Shown here in pieces: positions 19,508 to 33,642 of a stretch of 64,000 nt of DNA (the stretch's first letter is position 1; each line of letters starts with the position of its first letter). The DNA comes from Dictyostelium discoideum. Lineage: Eukaryota. Below the pieces are notes generated by a model that saw nothing but the letters and a program-made list of their open reading frames with translations, searched no databases and was not told the DNA's origin. The DNA is taken from NCBI GenBank assembly GCA_000004695.1, contig CM000152.2, positions 4,992,001 through 5,056,000 of the forward strand, read 5' to 3'. The translations under genes and the position numbers were made by a program.

Positions 19508-19696
19508 ATGTGTATTTTAAAATCAGCACCACCAACAAATATTCAATTAGTTAGAACCTATAGATCTCTTCTTAGAAAAGCGAGCAATGAATTAAAATAT
19601 ACAAATTTCGAATATTTCAGATTAAGATTAAACAATTCATTTAAAGAACCAGTTGAAGATGATTATGAAAAATTTAGAAAATATCAAGTATGTTAT

Positions 19697-19728
<32 letters not shown>

Positions 19729-19826
19729 TTTTGTTTTTTTTTTTTTTAAAAAATAAATTATTAACATATTGTTTTATTTAGGACGCACTTTATTTATTAA
19801 ATCATGATTTAGGCAAAACATTATAA
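19508..19826 (+). CDS. Small LYR-motif family protein (about 75 aa), 2 exons
   Basis: Exons 19508..19687 and 19782..19826, with a GTATGT...TTTAG intron. The protein MCILKSAPPTNIQLVRTYRSLLRKASNELKYTNFEYFRLRLNNSFKEP...KFRKYQ-DALYLLNHDLGKTL has the L-x-x-Y-R/LLR pattern of complex-I LYR/ISD11-type proteins. The assignment is tentative. Confidence 0.5.
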
Positions 19827-20014
19827 AAAAATAAAATAAAATAAAATAAATAAAAATAGAAATAAATAAAAATTAAACCTTGTAAATAATCTAAACTAAA
19901 TGACAAAATCATTAATAATAAATTCATATTAAACCAAAATTTCAGTGATTGGAAACATCGCTTTTTTGGAAAAAAAAAAAAAAAAACAATTTTTTTCAAT
20001 TTTTTTTAATTTTT

Positions 20015-20046
<32 letters not shown>

Positions 20047-20058
20047 AAATATTCATAC

Positions 20059-20097
<39 letters not shown>

Positions 20098-20148
20098 TAC
20101 TATATTTTCATATATTTATATATATAAATTAAAAATCAACAATAAAAG

Positions 20149-20945
20149 ATGAGTTTAGTATTTGATGAATATGGTAATCCATTTATTGTGATTAGAGATC
20201 AACAAGCCAAAGAAAGATTAAGAGGTATCGAGGCACACAGATCACATATTCTTGCAGCAAAGACCATTTCAAATATTATGAAATCATCATTAGGACCAAA
20301 AGGTATGGATAAGATGATGGTTAGTCAAGATGGTGAAGTATTAGTTACCAATGATGGTGCAACAATCCTCGAGAATATGCAAGTCGATAATCAAATTGCT
20401 AAATTAATGGTTCAATTATCAAAATCTCAAGATGATGAAATTGGTGATGGTACAACTGGTGTTGTCGTTTTAGCAGGTTCATTATTAGAACAAGCCGAAC
20501 AATTAATTGAAAAAGGTATTCATCCATGTCGTATCTATGAAGGTTATGAAACCGCTTGTAAAATTGCAACTGAACATTTGAAAACCATCTCTGACTCTAT
20601 CGAATTCAGTAAAGACAATATTGAACCACTCATCAAAACTGCAATGACTTGTTTAGGTTCAAAGATCGTCAATCGTTTCCATCGTCAAATGAGTGAAATC
20701 GCTGTTAAAGCCGTCATCTCTGTTGCAGATTTAGAACGTAAAGATGTTAACCTCGAAAATATTAAACTCGAAGGTAAAGAAGGTGGTAAATTAGAAGATA
20801 CTCAATTGGTTAAAGGCATCATCATCGATAAAGGTATCAGTCATCCACAAATGCCAAAAATTATTAAAGATGCTAAAATTTGTTTATTAACTTGTCCATT
20901 TGAACCACCAAAGCCAAAAACAAAAGTAAATTATCATTTTTTCTG

Positions 20946-20983
<38 letters not shown>

Positions 20984-21456
20984 AAAATTTGTTCAATTAT
21001 TATTATTACTAATACATTCATTATATAATTTTTAATATTTTATAGAATTCAATAGAAATTACAAAAGCAGAAGATTTCAAAGTTTTAGGTGAAATTGAAC
21101 AAAAATATTTTACAGATATGGTTGAAAAAGTTAAAGCTACAGGTGCAAATTTAGTTATTTGTCAATGGGGTTTCGATGATGAAGCCAATCATTTACTCCT
21201 TCAAAATAATTTACCAGCTGTTCGTTGGGTTGGTGGTTTAGATCTCGAAAAAATTGCTATGGCAACTGGTGGTCGTATCGTTGCTAGATTCGAAGATGTT
21301 AGCGCCGATAAATTAGGTAGAGCAGGTTTAGTTAGAGAAGTCGGTTTTGGTACAACTCAAGATCGTTACCTTTCAATTGAAGATTGCCCAAATACAAATG
21401 CAGTTACAATCTTTGTTAGAGGTGGTAATAAAATGGTAATTTTCAATTTAATAATT

Positions 21457-21539
<83 letters not shown>

Positions 21540-22049
21540 TAATTAATAATTAATTTATAACTAACAAAATAAATAATTTAAATACATAAATATATATAGA
21601 TTGTTGAAGAAGCTAAAAGAAGTATCCATGATGCATTATGTGTTACTCGTAATTTAATTAGAGATAATAGAGTAATTTATGGTGGTGGTTCATCAGAGAT
21701 TAGTTGTGGTTTAAAGATTTCAGCAATGGCTGATGATATTGCATCCATTGAACAATATGCCGTTAGAGCTTTTGCTGATGCTTTAGATGCTATTCCATTA
21801 GCATTGGCTGAAAATAGTGGTCTTCCATCCATCGAATCTTTATCAACCGTAAAGGCTATGCAAATTAAAGAAAAGAACCCACGTCTTGGTATCGATTGTA
21901 ATCATAGAGACACCAATGATATGAAGGCTCAACACGTTTTCGATACTCTTCCAGGTAAAACTCAACAATTCCTCTTGGCCAATCAAGTAGTTAAAATGAT
22001 TTTGAAAATCGATGATATTATTAAAATGGGTCCAGGAGCTGACGAATAA
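20149..22049 (+). CDS. cct5: T-complex protein 1 (CCT/TRiC chaperonin) subunit epsilon
   Basis: Exons 20149..20925, 21046..21435 and 21600..22049. The N-terminus [18 protein letters not shown]...GPKGMDKMM...TNDGATIL...[17 protein letters not shown] is near-identical to CCT5. Exon 2 has [27 protein letters not shown] and exon 3 has [30 protein letters not shown]. Intron 2 (21436-21599) contains an (AAT)25 tract. Confidence 0.95.
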
Positions 22050-22228
22050 AGCGGATCATTTTATTAAAAAAAAAAAATAAAAAAATAAATAAAAAAAAAA
22101 AAAAAAATAAAAAAAAAAATTAAAATACTATTGATATTTATATATATATATATTTTATTCTTTTTACTTTATTTTCTTTGTAATTTCTAAATTATTACAA
22201 GAGCAACCAATATAATATGTGAATATAT

Positions 22229-24793
22229 TTAAAAATTATTATTTTGTGGAATATTTATTTTTTTAATTAAATTACCAAAGTTTAAACCAGTTGGAACATG
22301 CATTGAAAAATCTATAATGGTATCATAATAATTTAAATTTAAACTATTTAAAAAATAATCTAAAATATTAAAATTACCATATAAAAAAGAAGTACTAATT
22401 ATTGAAGAAATTAAATTTGGGTCAAAAATTTTTTGAAAAAGATTATTTTGATAGAGTACCATATATTTAATTAAATACAGATTACCGTATTCAGCACAAC
22501 CAACCATTATAAATTTCAATAGATCTAAATATTTAATTGGATTTATTTTTTCAAATTTAAAATATAATTCTATAATTTTTAAAAGACCATTTAAATTATT
22601 TAATCTTGCAATTTCATTTGTAATTTTATTAATTATCCCATTTGATGGTATTGTTGTGATTGTTGAAAAATATTCTCCAAATTTTCCAATGCATTGAAGT
22701 GTTTCAAGGTAGACTAAACCATGTTTTTTTGATTCTAATGTATCTACATTTAACCGGATTTCATATAACCATTTACAAATTTTATAAGCTAATAAACCTT
22801 CATTGTTTTTAAAAGGGTTTGTAAATACTTTAATACTAAATTCATCATCAGTTTTAAGTAATCTCGATCTAAAAGGTTCATAGAATATTGATGGTGGAAA
22901 TTCTAATGATAGAGGTAAATTTTTAATTATAAATTTGATTTCGTCCATGTACAAATGTTTATCAAATGATTTATTAATGCAACCTATAATGTCAACATTT
23001 GATAAATCAAATACCTCTGGGTTACTAATCATATAACAGAGTGTTTTTAAAATTTTACCATTTAAACAATACCGATTGAAATCTTTAAATTCTCTATTTG
23101 TTAAAGATTTCCATATATTTTGTTCCTTTGGAATTAATTGTTGATACCTTTTTATCATATCAATTCTTCCAAATTGAAAACAAGTTGCAATTGAAGTTTT
23201 ATTAAAAAAAACATTTAATATTGGATTTGACCAACAATAGTTCAACATTTCAATAGATTTTATTGAATAAACTAATTTTATTTGATTTTCAATTGAAGCA
23301 GAAACATGATTGTATAATTTATTATTAAATACATATTCCAATAATGATATATCATTAAAATGAATCAATAAACAAATTATTAAAAAATGATCTATAATTT
23401 GATTATATTGACCATCTGGCTTTAAAACTTGATCAATAAATGAAAATTGATGTTCTTTATTATCTTTGCAATATTTAAATAATAGATTCATATTTTCTTT
23501 TTCTACATATAAATTGAAAATATCATCTACCTCAATTTTTTGATTTTTAAATAAACAATAATCAAGATTACCAAACTTTAATGACTGTTTAATGTACTTG
23601 TTTTGATGAATTGGTGCACTATTTAATTTACTTGGTAAACCATTCTTTAAAATTCTTTTATACTTTTCATTTTTTTTTTCTTCTTCATCTTTTTGTTGTT
23701 GATTATCATTCTTTTCATTTGAAATTTGATATTTTAAATAGTGAATTAAAATTGGTTTTTGAATTACAAGTTGATATGTTGATAAAATTAATTTTAAATA
23801 TTTATTTTCAATTATTGTATTTCTTGAATTATGTATTAGTTTTTTTAATCTTGTTTTTAATTTTAATTTATTAAATGGATTATTTGTTTCAATTAATTTT
23901 AAATTTTCATTTATTTTCTCTAAATGCTTATTTAAAGTATATGGTACATATTTAATATTATAAAAAAAACTGCATGCATCAATGGTGTTTTGAATTGTAA
24001 AATTATTATAAAATGGGTCATCATCAAATAGTTTTTTTGGTATTATAAACTTGTATTTATTTCTTATTCTTTCCTTTTTAATTTGATCATTTTCAAGTAA
24101 ATAATTTAAAATTTTAAATTTTAAATTTATTTTTTGTGGATATTGTTCAATAAAGTTTAAAATCTCTGTTATTGTATATTTTTCAAAATGGTTTTGATTA
24201 TTATTATTATTATTATTATAATTATTATTATTGATTATGTTGTTTTCATTTGTTGTTAATGTTGATAAATATTTTAAAATTTTTAATGAAGATTTTGATT
24301 TAATATAAGTTGGTAATAAAGCATTTATTAATTGGTTTGTTGTCATACTTTTATTTATATATTCTTTGTCAATAATTAATTTTAATATTAAAATGTTATC
24401 ACTTTTTATAGCAATTTCTGCAAAATTTAAAAAATTAAAATATTCTTTATACCTATTAAATAATAATTGGTAAAATGATAAAATCAATTCAATTGTTTCT
24501 TCATTTGCTTGATCACTATTATTATATTGATGTATTTGTTTATCTTTATTTTTAAAGTTAATTAAAATAAATAATTTTTGAATTGTTTTTGAAAATGTTT
24601 CTCTAAATTTATTATTATTATTATGATATGAGAAAATTAATGTTTTTCCATTATGTACCAATTTAATTAATTCTTTAATTTTATTAAATTTTATTAATAA
24701 ACTAATATGATTATTATCATCTTTAGCATATTCAAATATTTTTTTAAATAAATATTTGTTTCTAAAAACTTTAAAAAATAATTGTTCATTCAT
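22229..24793 (-). CDS. Asn-rich hypothetical protein with degenerate ankyrin-like repeats, 854 aa; paralog of the 38913-43144 gene
   Basis: Single ORF. The N-terminus MNEQLFFKVFRNKYLFKKIFEY matches the N-terminus of the 1096-aa ORF (LFFQIWRNIYLKRFILSQI). There are repeated ankyrin-helix-like units (ISLLEYVFNNKLYN, GNLYLIKYMVLYQNN, GNFNILDYFLNSLNLN) and polyN tracts. Confidence 0.6.
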   Translation of the reverse strand: MNEQLFFKVFRNKYLFKKIFEYAKDDNNHISLLIKFNKIKELIKLVHNGKTLIFSYHNNNNKFRETFSKTIQKLFILINFKNKDKQIHQYNNSDQANEETIELILSFYQLLFNRYKEYFNFLNFAEIAIKSDNILILKLIIDKEYINKSMTTNQLINALLPTYIKSKSSLKILKYLSTLTTNENNIINNNNYNNNNNNNQNHFEKYTITEILNFIEQYPQKINLKFKILNYLLENDQIKKERIRNKYKFIIPKKLFDDDPFYNNFTIQNTIDACSFFYNIKYVPYTLNKHLEKINENLKLIETNNPFNKLKLKTRLKKLIHNSRNTIIENKYLKLILSTYQLVIQKPILIHYLKYQISNEKNDNQQQKDEEEKKNEKYKRILKNGLPSKLNSAPIHQNKYIKQSLKFGNLDYCLFKNQKIEVDDIFNLYVEKENMNLLFKYCKDNKEHQFSFIDQVLKPDGQYNQIIDHFLIICLLIHFNDISLLEYVFNNKLYNHVSASIENQIKLVYSIKSIEMLNYCWSNPILNVFFNKTSIATCFQFGRIDMIKRYQQLIPKEQNIWKSLTNREFKDFNRYCLNGKILKTLCYMISNPEVFDLSNVDIIGCINKSFDKHLYMDEIKFIIKNLPLSLEFPPSIFYEPFRSRLLKTDDEFSIKVFTNPFKNNEGLLAYKICKWLYEIRLNVDTLESKKHGLVYLETLQCIGKFGEYFSTITTIPSNGIINKITNEIARLNNLNGLLKIIELYFKFEKINPIKYLDLLKFIMVGCAEYGNLYLIKYMVLYQNNLFQKIFDPNLISSIISTSFLYGNFNILDYFLNSLNLNYYDTIIDFSMHVPTGLNFGNLIKKINIPQNNNF

Positions 24794-24843
24794 TTTTTAT
24801 CTAACTATAAATTTTAAACTTTAATTCCAATCATTATTTTTAT

Positions 24844-24878
<35 letters not shown>

Positions 24879-25016
24879 TAAAAAAAAAAAAAAAAAAAAA
24901 TCTTTTTCTTAAGAAAAAAAAAAGATATTTATTTTTGCAAATGTCTCTTTTTTTTTTTTTTTATGAAATAATAAAATATCAACAAGGATTGTAAGAAGTA
25001 TTTAATTTTTATTTAT

Positions 25017-28000
25017 TTAAAATAAAATGAATGAAATTATGGTTATAATTTTTAATAACATAAATGGAGCCAATAGTTTTGATGAAATCGATAGTTCATC
25101 ATCGTCTGTTGTGGATGGTTGGTTTGTTGGATTACTAGTTGTTGATTGACCACCTGTTGTAGATTGACCACCTGTTGTAGATTGACCACCTGTTGTAGAT
25201 TGTGATTTATAGGTAACTGTTGTTGAAACTTCAAATCCACCTATTTTTAATAGCAAATTAAAGTTACCACCTGGTTTGGCAGGATAACTGAATGTAATTG
25301 AATTGGTAGTTAACTCAATAATATCACAATTATAACCATCAATTGTTAATACTGCTAATGATTTATCTGAAACATGATATTCACCATTGAACTTAACATC
25401 CCCACCTGTTGAATTTAATTCACTTGTTGTAATTAAAATTGATTTTAAATAAATAAAGGTCACACTATTTGAAGTTTGACCTCCTGATTCAACTATTACA
25501 GTAAATTCATCACCAATTAACAAATCAGAAGTAGGTGAATTATCGTTAAAGGTGATTTCATCATTACCATTATTTAAGCTTGCAACACTTGATTCAAATC
25601 CTTCACCATTAATATAAACTCTATTTGGTGTAAAATAATCAAACCAAGATCCTTTGAATACAATTATATCAGATGATGACCAATAATAACTATTTAAAAG
25701 TGTTGGAGAAGGTGGCGCAACGACATTTAACATTGTGAAATAATATAAACCTCCAATATTAATTAATGTTTCTTGACTACCAATTGATAATGGAGGATAA
25801 GAGAATTTAATATTGGTTGGTGTGATTTTAATTACTTTACATTCTAAACCATTAATTGATAGTGAAACTATTGAATTATTTGATGTACCGAATTTACCAG
25901 CAAATAAAGCACCTACACTACCAAATGAATAAAGATTTTCCTCATTTGACAAGTAAATTTCTTTAATATAATTGAATGAAACAATATTTGAAACCAATCC
26001 ACCTGTTTCTATTTGAACTGTAAATATGTCACCTTCAACAATGGATAAATTTTCTATAGAAAATGAAATAGCATCTGAAACTTCAGATCCAAAGGCAAGT
26101 GTTGATGTAAAAGTTGCACCATTAATAATTATATTGTTTAGATTATCATAACTAAAAGCAGTACCATAGATAATTATCTCAGTTTTATCTGATGACCATT
26201 TATAATTGTTAAAAATTGTTGGGTTTTCTGGGACGACATATTGAACGGTAGTAGTATTTTCAAAACCACCAACATTAATTAAAAGTGGATATTGGCCTGG
26301 TGATCCACTTAATGATGGATATCTAAATGTAATTAAATTTAAAGAAACTGAATTTACTGAACAGCTACTTCCATTGATTGAAAGTGTAACAAGACTTTTA
26401 TCTGTAACGCCATACATGCCAGTGAATGAAACTATGCCACCTGTTGTATTTAGATCTTTTACATCAACTTTAATTGAATCAATATAATTAAATGTAATTA
26501 CATTTGATGATTGACCTTGAACCATTACTTTGATGGTAAATGCTTGACCAATTGAAAGTGAACTTGTTGGTGAAAAACTTGATAAACTTATACTATCATA
26601 ACCTGGATTTGTTGAAGATGCAACTGCACTATTAACTTGATATACATCATCATTGAGAACTATAACGTTTGAATCATAATATCCAAACCATTTACCATTT
26701 ATTATTAATCTATCATCGGTTGTCCATTCATATTTATAAATAACTTGTGGTGGAGGTGAAGTTATATAGGTAACATTTGTTTTATATTCGAATCCACCAA
26801 CAAAATAAATTAATTGATAGGTACCTGCTCCATTAACTGGGTATTGGAATTGGATGGTAGTTGGAGAAATTGAAATTACAGAGCATGGTACATCATTGAT
26901 TGAAAATGTGACAATACTTTTATCTGAAGTACCATAGGATCCTCCAAAACTAATAATACCACCAATCGATTGCAAAGGTAATACATCAATAGTAACTGAT
27001 TTAATAAATATAAATTGAATCAAATTAGTTATTTGACTTCCAATTTTAACGTGTACTTGGAATGGAGATCCAACCACAAGTGATTTTGGTGTCGAATTTA
27101 ATAATTTGATTTCATCTGGGTAAGAATAATCCAAGCTTGATGCAGTTGCTGGTGTTGAATCATAATCGATTCCATCAATGTTAATAATATTTTTATAATA
27201 ATAAGTAAACCATTTACCATAGAATGTTAATGCAAGATCACCATTTCCAAGTGTTGTCCAATAGTATTTATTCATTAGTGTTGGAGTGGGTGTATTTATA
27301 ATTGTAATTACTTTCGAGGATCTAATTGTGCCAATAACTAAAGTCAATGTCAAGGTTCCTGGTCCTGATCTATATGGATATTTAAATGAGATCTCAGTTG
27401 GTGATAATGATGTAATGGGGATATCTAATTCATCAAATTTTAATGTTGCGATGGTTATATTTGAAGTTGAAAAAGAACCTGGGTATGTCATTTCCCCTCC
27501 AATGGTATATAAATTATAGGCCATCATTGAAATTGGTTTGATTAGATAAAAGGTTGCACTGGCTGATCTTTGACCCATAGTTGTAACTGATACAGTAAAT
27601 AATGCACCTTGAGGAATTGATGAATGTGCAGAGGCTGGTAAAATCAAATTATCATATCCTGGTTCTGTTGATGAAGCTGTTGCTAAAATAGAAAATGGTG
27701 TAGAGTTTATTTCAACTATATTTGGCTCTACATAGCTAAATGATGAACCAAAAATCATCAATACAACCGCACCATTTGAAAGTGTCCAATCAAATTTATT
27801 TAATATAGTTGGGGCAGGTGCTTGTGAAATGGTAACTTGTGTTGTAAATTCATAACTACTTTGTAATACTAAAACCAAATCATATGTGCCAACTGACAAA
27901 ACTGGGTAAGTGAATGTAACTGATGTTGGATTAACTGCGTTAACTGTACACACAGAACCACCAATGGTAATTGAAACAAGTGAAGGATTTCCCACTTTAA

Positions 28001-29688
28001 ATATACCAGCAAAAGTAACTACTCCTCCAATTGTAGATAATGGTTTTACTGTCATTGAAACCTCTTTATAGTAAGTTAAAGATACTTGATTTGATACTTG
28101 AGATCCAACTTTAACAGATAAGGTGAATGAGGTGGCTTCTGTCATTCCATTGAATGGTGTTGAACTTGAAAATGTAAATTGATCTTGAGATGGGTTTTTG
28201 GTTGATTGAATTGCTAGAGTTTGGTTTGATAGTACACTATTTATAATTGCAATATTTTGATAAACATAACTAAAACCTGTACCACTTATTACCATTAAGT
28301 AATTACCTCCAACTTGAACATAACGATATTTTGGTAAAACAGTTGGTATTTCATAACTATATGTAAAAGTTGTTGATTGTAAGTTATAACCAAATTGAGC
28401 AACCAAATCCTTTCCAGTTCCGTCACCTTGTGGAATTCTTAAAACTATTTGGGTATTTGGAATTATTGAATCAATGGTTACAACATTTGAAGATGGTGTT
28501 GGTGATAGTGTATTAAAAGTCCAACCAAAATCTACACCAGTAATGGTAATAAATGAAACATTATTTGTTTTAATAAGTGGGATATTTTTGTTGAAAGACA
28601 ATGTTGGACAAGTACTTGGTGGTGTTGATGATAATGTAAAATCGTTAAAATTATTTGGAAGGATTATACCGCCTATGTCATTTGGTGGATAACATTTGAA
28701 ACAAGATGGTACATTTCCTGATAATTTGTTAGAATGGATTCTAAGAACATTTGGATTAAATTTACAATAAAAGTTATTTGTAAATGGAATTGACCCAGTA
28801 AACTCTGAATTAATAAGGGAAAAAGATTTAACTTTAGAATGTTGAACTGTGCTTGGGGTTGGTAAAGGTTGGACGTAATTATTGCCTTCAATTCTAACAC
28901 TTTCAAGATTTGTATAATCTAGGTTGTTCATTATTAATAAATGATTTTTAAAATTACTAATATTTAAATTAGAAATTAGTTTTAAATTAAAAGGATTACC
29001 ATTCGGGTTATTTGTTATTGTTTATATTAGATGGTTAAAATACATACATGTTAGAACTTTCTGGGAATTTAATACAACCAAATGTGGCGCATGAATCTAA
29101 AAATCCTACATCTGTAAAATCCCTATTTATTTTTTTGTATAGAAAAAAAAAATTAATATTTAAGAAATAGAAAAAATATATCATTATTACTATAAATTTA
29201 TACATACATTGTTGTACCCTTTGTATATTTTGATAAATCTATCAAATTATTTTGTGGAAATTTTAAACCTCTTCCCTCAATGGTGAGATAATTGAGCATT
29301 GGTAAATTTAAAACGGTATCTGGAAATTCCCATTTTTGAATTTTATCTTGGTCAGTATATCTAAAGTAGAGAGCTAAATCTGAAATAGGTAGGTATCCTA
29401 AGTAAGGGAAAGCAAAATTAGTGTATTGAGAATCTGACTTATCATTATTTATAATTAAATAGACTGCTCCCAAATTTGGACAAATTTCAATATTATTTGG
29501 AAGTGGTGCATAAAAAGTAACTATCATGTAAACAAATGACAATCCTGGCTGGCATGATGACAATGTTACAGGGTATTTAAATCCATTTGCTGAGTCTTCA
29601 ATATTCAAATTTTGAATTTTACCACTACTAAAGAATAGCTCTGGAAGTGGAACTGATTTTTTTAAAAAAAAAAAAAAAATATTAATAC

Positions 29689-29771
<83 letters not shown>

Positions 29772-30329
29772 TATTATTATTTTATACACATGAACATACC
29801 TGACATTTTTTGAAAAATAACATCATTTAATGATGGTGGTAATTGAATATTATTTGGAATTGCTTGATTTACATGATTAATTGATCTATTATAATTAATT
29901 ATAATATTTAAATTTTATTAATTCAAACTTTAATTAGATTTATATTTTTTTATTTAATTTAATACAAAACATTAGTACTTACAAGAAATTAAGTTTTGTT
30001 AATTTATTTATATCTGTCCAAAAAGCTGTTGAAACAAAGAAATTAGGACCAATGGTAATACTTTTTAAATCAGTAAATAAACCAAAACTTGTTGTTATTA
30101 CCACACCTGAGCCACTGCCAGTGTTTATTCCTGTCAAAATTAAATACCCATTATTACCATTATCACAAGTAAAAGCACTATTAGTGCATGGTGTTTGAGT
30201 ATTGACCCCATACAATTGATTTAATAATTGTTGTGCTGCAATGTTTTGATTATTATTTAAATCAAGAGCATTATTTAATGAAATAAAACTTATAAAAATA
30301 ATTATTAGAATATTAAAAATGTATTTCAT
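25017..30329 (-). CDS. Large secreted/cell-surface protein: signal peptide, N-terminal leucine-rich repeats, about 8 tandem IPT/TIG-like Ig-fold repeats, Thr/Gly-rich stalk, C-terminal hydrophobic anchor; about 1630 aa, 5 exons (tgr/lag-like)
   Basis: Exons on minus: 30329..29983 (MKYIFNILIIIFISFISLNNA signal), 29885..29800, 29652..29208, 29122..29048 and 28956..25017. Donors are GTAAGT, GTATGT, GTATGT and GTATGT. Intron 2 contains a poly(T) of about 78 nt (29691-29769). A roughly 150-160-aa unit recurs (Y.WT...G....F.G..F.Y...NI..I.......A.SST.PGYD...L). The protein ends STTGGQSTTGGQSTTGGQSTTSNP...LLAPFMLLKIITIISFILF. Confidence 0.7.
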
Positions 30330-30528
30330 TTTTGTAATTCTGTTCGATAAGTTAAAAAAAAAAATTTATTAAAAAAAAAAAAACAATTTGGTTTTATTGA
30401 TGGTTTATTTTTGTTTTTTTTTTTTTTTCTGCGTTTTTTTTTTGATAAAAAATTTCATCTGGAAAATCTAAAAAAAATCTTAAAAAACCTGGCTTTCTTT
30501 GAATAATTAAATTCGTTTAAAAAAAAAG

Positions 30529-30559
<31 letters not shown>

Positions 30560-31338
30560 ATAGAATATTACATTAAAATTTCCTAAATTCTTAAGGTATT
30601 ACAAAAAAAAATACAAATAGGAATTTAGGATATTTTAATGTGATATTCTTTTGTTTTTTTTTAAGAATTTCTATGTAATATTTTCTTTTTTGTAAAAAAT
30701 CTGATTAGGTTTTATTTTATTTTTTTTTATTTTTTGTTTTTATAAAAACTTTTTACTTGGTAACAAAGATGAACTTTCAAAATCTGAAATTGATGATTTT
30801 ATAAAAGCTATTGAAAAAGTAAAACAAATTCGAGAAATTTTAAATAAAAACAATAATAATAAATAAAGAAAACTAAAATTAATTCAAAAAAAAATAAAAT
30901 AAAATAAAAAATAAAATAAAAATAATAAAAAAAAATAATAATATTAAAATTGGAAACAAATTAGGTTTTATTATATTTTATTATAAATTTTTGATATATC
31001 TATTTATTAATTTTTTACATGAAATGGTAATTAAACAAATGGAACAGTTAAATTTTAGAATTAAAAAAAAATAATTAAAATATTATTATAATAATATATA
31101 ATTATTTTTTTTTTTGGGTCCAAACCTATGACAATCACACATTTAATTTGATAAAACTTAAATCGATTATATTTATTTATATATTTATTATATTATCAAT
31201 AATTTAAAAAGATATTATATAAATAATATGGCTGATATAGATAATTTCTAACACTAACTTATAACACCCAAAAAAAAAAAAAAATAATAATTTCCAAACA
31301 TTAAACCAATAACAATTTATTTACACAAGTTAATTTTT

Positions 31339-31372
<34 letters not shown>

Positions 31373-31431
31373 ATAAAATTCAATGTTAAATCGATTATAT
31401 ATTTATTTATATATTTATTATATTATATTAT

Positions 31432-33642
31432 TTAGTTTAAACTTAAAACGTATTGTTCAAAGTTCTTAAAGTTAATTGAACCTAAACCTGAGGCAGCATC
31501 ATAACCAGTGGTAGCGGTGTAACCATATTGACAACAGTAAGCTCTGTTACAGTTGTTTGCACCAGTGGTAATATCATTGAAAACGTTTGGTTGTTCTTTG
31601 GCAGCTTGGTATAATAATGGATTTAAGAAACCGAGGGTTGGTTTACCAGCACCAATTAATTTATCATTAATTAAAGAGATCATACCAGCAAGAGTTGGTG
31701 ATGAACATGAGGTACCATCAACACTTTCTAAGGCGCATGGACAGGTATTTGAGGTGAGAGTGTTTGGAACGGCGATTTCATAAGCATGACCAACAAGAGT
31801 AAGATCTGGATAGAATCTATTGGTGGCATTGTATGAATATGATGGTGGGAGAGTACCACTTTTGATGTAAGTGGCAACGGCATCAGCTTGGTATGATGGT
31901 TGAGCTTGAGTGATAGCAACACCACCTCCACCAGTAATGATGGCGCCAGTTGCGACTGAACAAACAATTTCTGGTTTGGTAACATCAGTGATTTGAGTGG
32001 CACCAACAGAGGTGATGAATGGTGATGAAGCTGGATAATCTGGTTGGAAGAGGGTACCAGCATCTTGATCATAAGAGTAACCAACGATCTTGAAACCAGC
32101 ATCACTATCAGAGTATGGTTTTAATTTGTCACAAGTACAGCTAGAGTAGATGTGGTAGTTTTGTTGAGTATCTTGTTCGAGGGCGACTTGACATTTAGAG
32201 TTTGAGCTAACAAATTCATTGATACCATTGACGATATTTTGGTTTTGTAACATAGATTGACAAGTGTTACTTTCTGAACCCATTGGGAAGAAACATTGAG
32301 TACCGTTGCTTTCCATGATGGTAATCATTGGACATTGAGAAGATTTATGGTTACATCCACCTAATGGGCAGTATTGTTTGGTACCATCGATTGGACAGTT
32401 ACCAGAGGCAGCACCAAAACTTGGTGCACCATCATCACCAGATGAAACAAAGACTGAAACACCACGTAAACCGACTTTTTGGAGTTCAACATTTGAACGA
32501 GCAACGTAGACAACAGAGTCAATACCAAGAGTAGAACAGCTGTTTGTAATTTCACATTGTTCAACTTCAGCCCAACCGTATGAGATTGAAGCAATCTTTG
32601 GAATTGGGTTGTATTGTTGGATGGCAGTAGCCCAATCAATGATCCATTCACCATTACCTGATGAAAGGAAGAGAGTGGTGATATTGTTACCGATGGCAGT
32701 CATATATTGAACGTCGAGATCAGATTCCATTTGATCACAGTTTTGGGCAATACAGTTTTGACCAACATTTTTAACTCTAACAGTTGATGAATCAATACCG
32801 AATTTTTGATCAAAGAATTGTAAGGCACCTGATGAATAGAAATCAGAGAAGGCAGCAATTGATTGGAAGTTTTCTGATTCAACACCAATTTGACCGGTTG
32901 GGATACCATAGTATTGTTTAATGACTGCTGGAGTGATTGAAACGGTTGAACCTTGAACTTGCTTCTTGGTGGCTCTCATTGATTCACTCATTTTGTTATC
33001 TTCAATGAAATCTGATAAACCTAAAACTAAATCAACTTTTGCTAAAACATGCATTGGCATAGATGCTTGACCTACAACTCTAATTCTCTTAAGAGCAGTA
33101 CGGCTTGATGAGTAGTGAGCAAATGAAGTTTCGAATAAAGTTGAAGCTTTACCAACATTGGTTCTAACTTGGATGAAATCAGAGTGAACGATCATTTCAT
33201 TCTTTGATAAACCATTGTCAATTAACCAATTAACAACAACTTTAACATCTTTTGGTGATGGTGCAACAATTGAATCAATTTCTTCTTTTGATAAAAATTT
33301 ACCATAGTTTTCTGATTTTGGTGATGAAACATCCCAGAATTTCTCTTCTAAAATATCTAAATTTCTCTTTTAAATTTTAAAAAATAAAAAATAAATATTA
33401 GAAATTTATTATTATTTTTAAAAAAATAAGTATAATAATAAAAAAAAATTTAAATTTAAATAACTTACTTGTTTTAATAAAATTTTGAATTGAACTAATT
33501 CATATGATTTGGCTAATTTATTTTGAACAAAATGAGCTGGTGCAGAAGTGACATCAGCAATTGGGACACGTTGGACACTGATTGCTGATGCGAGTGCAAC
33601 AATGCTTAATAATAATAATAATAATGAAGTCTTTGAAATCAT
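31432..33642 (-). CDS. Tripeptidyl-peptidase I / sedolisin (peptidase S53) family secreted protease with pro-domain; about 701 aa, 2 exons
   Basis: Exons on minus: 33642..33469 (signal MISKTSLLLLLLSIVALASA) and 33366..31432, with a GTAAGT...AAAAG intron. It has the pro-kumamolisin activation domain and an S53 catalytic region with the SGTSCSSPTLAGMISLIN serine motif. tpp1-like. Confidence 0.85.

Noticed and set aside
31553-32909. Several 68-125-aa ORFs on both strands inside the sedolisin gene
   Set aside because: Internal alternative frames of a well-supported 644-aa exon. The His/Leu-rich composition comes from antisense reading of Gln/Val-rich codons.
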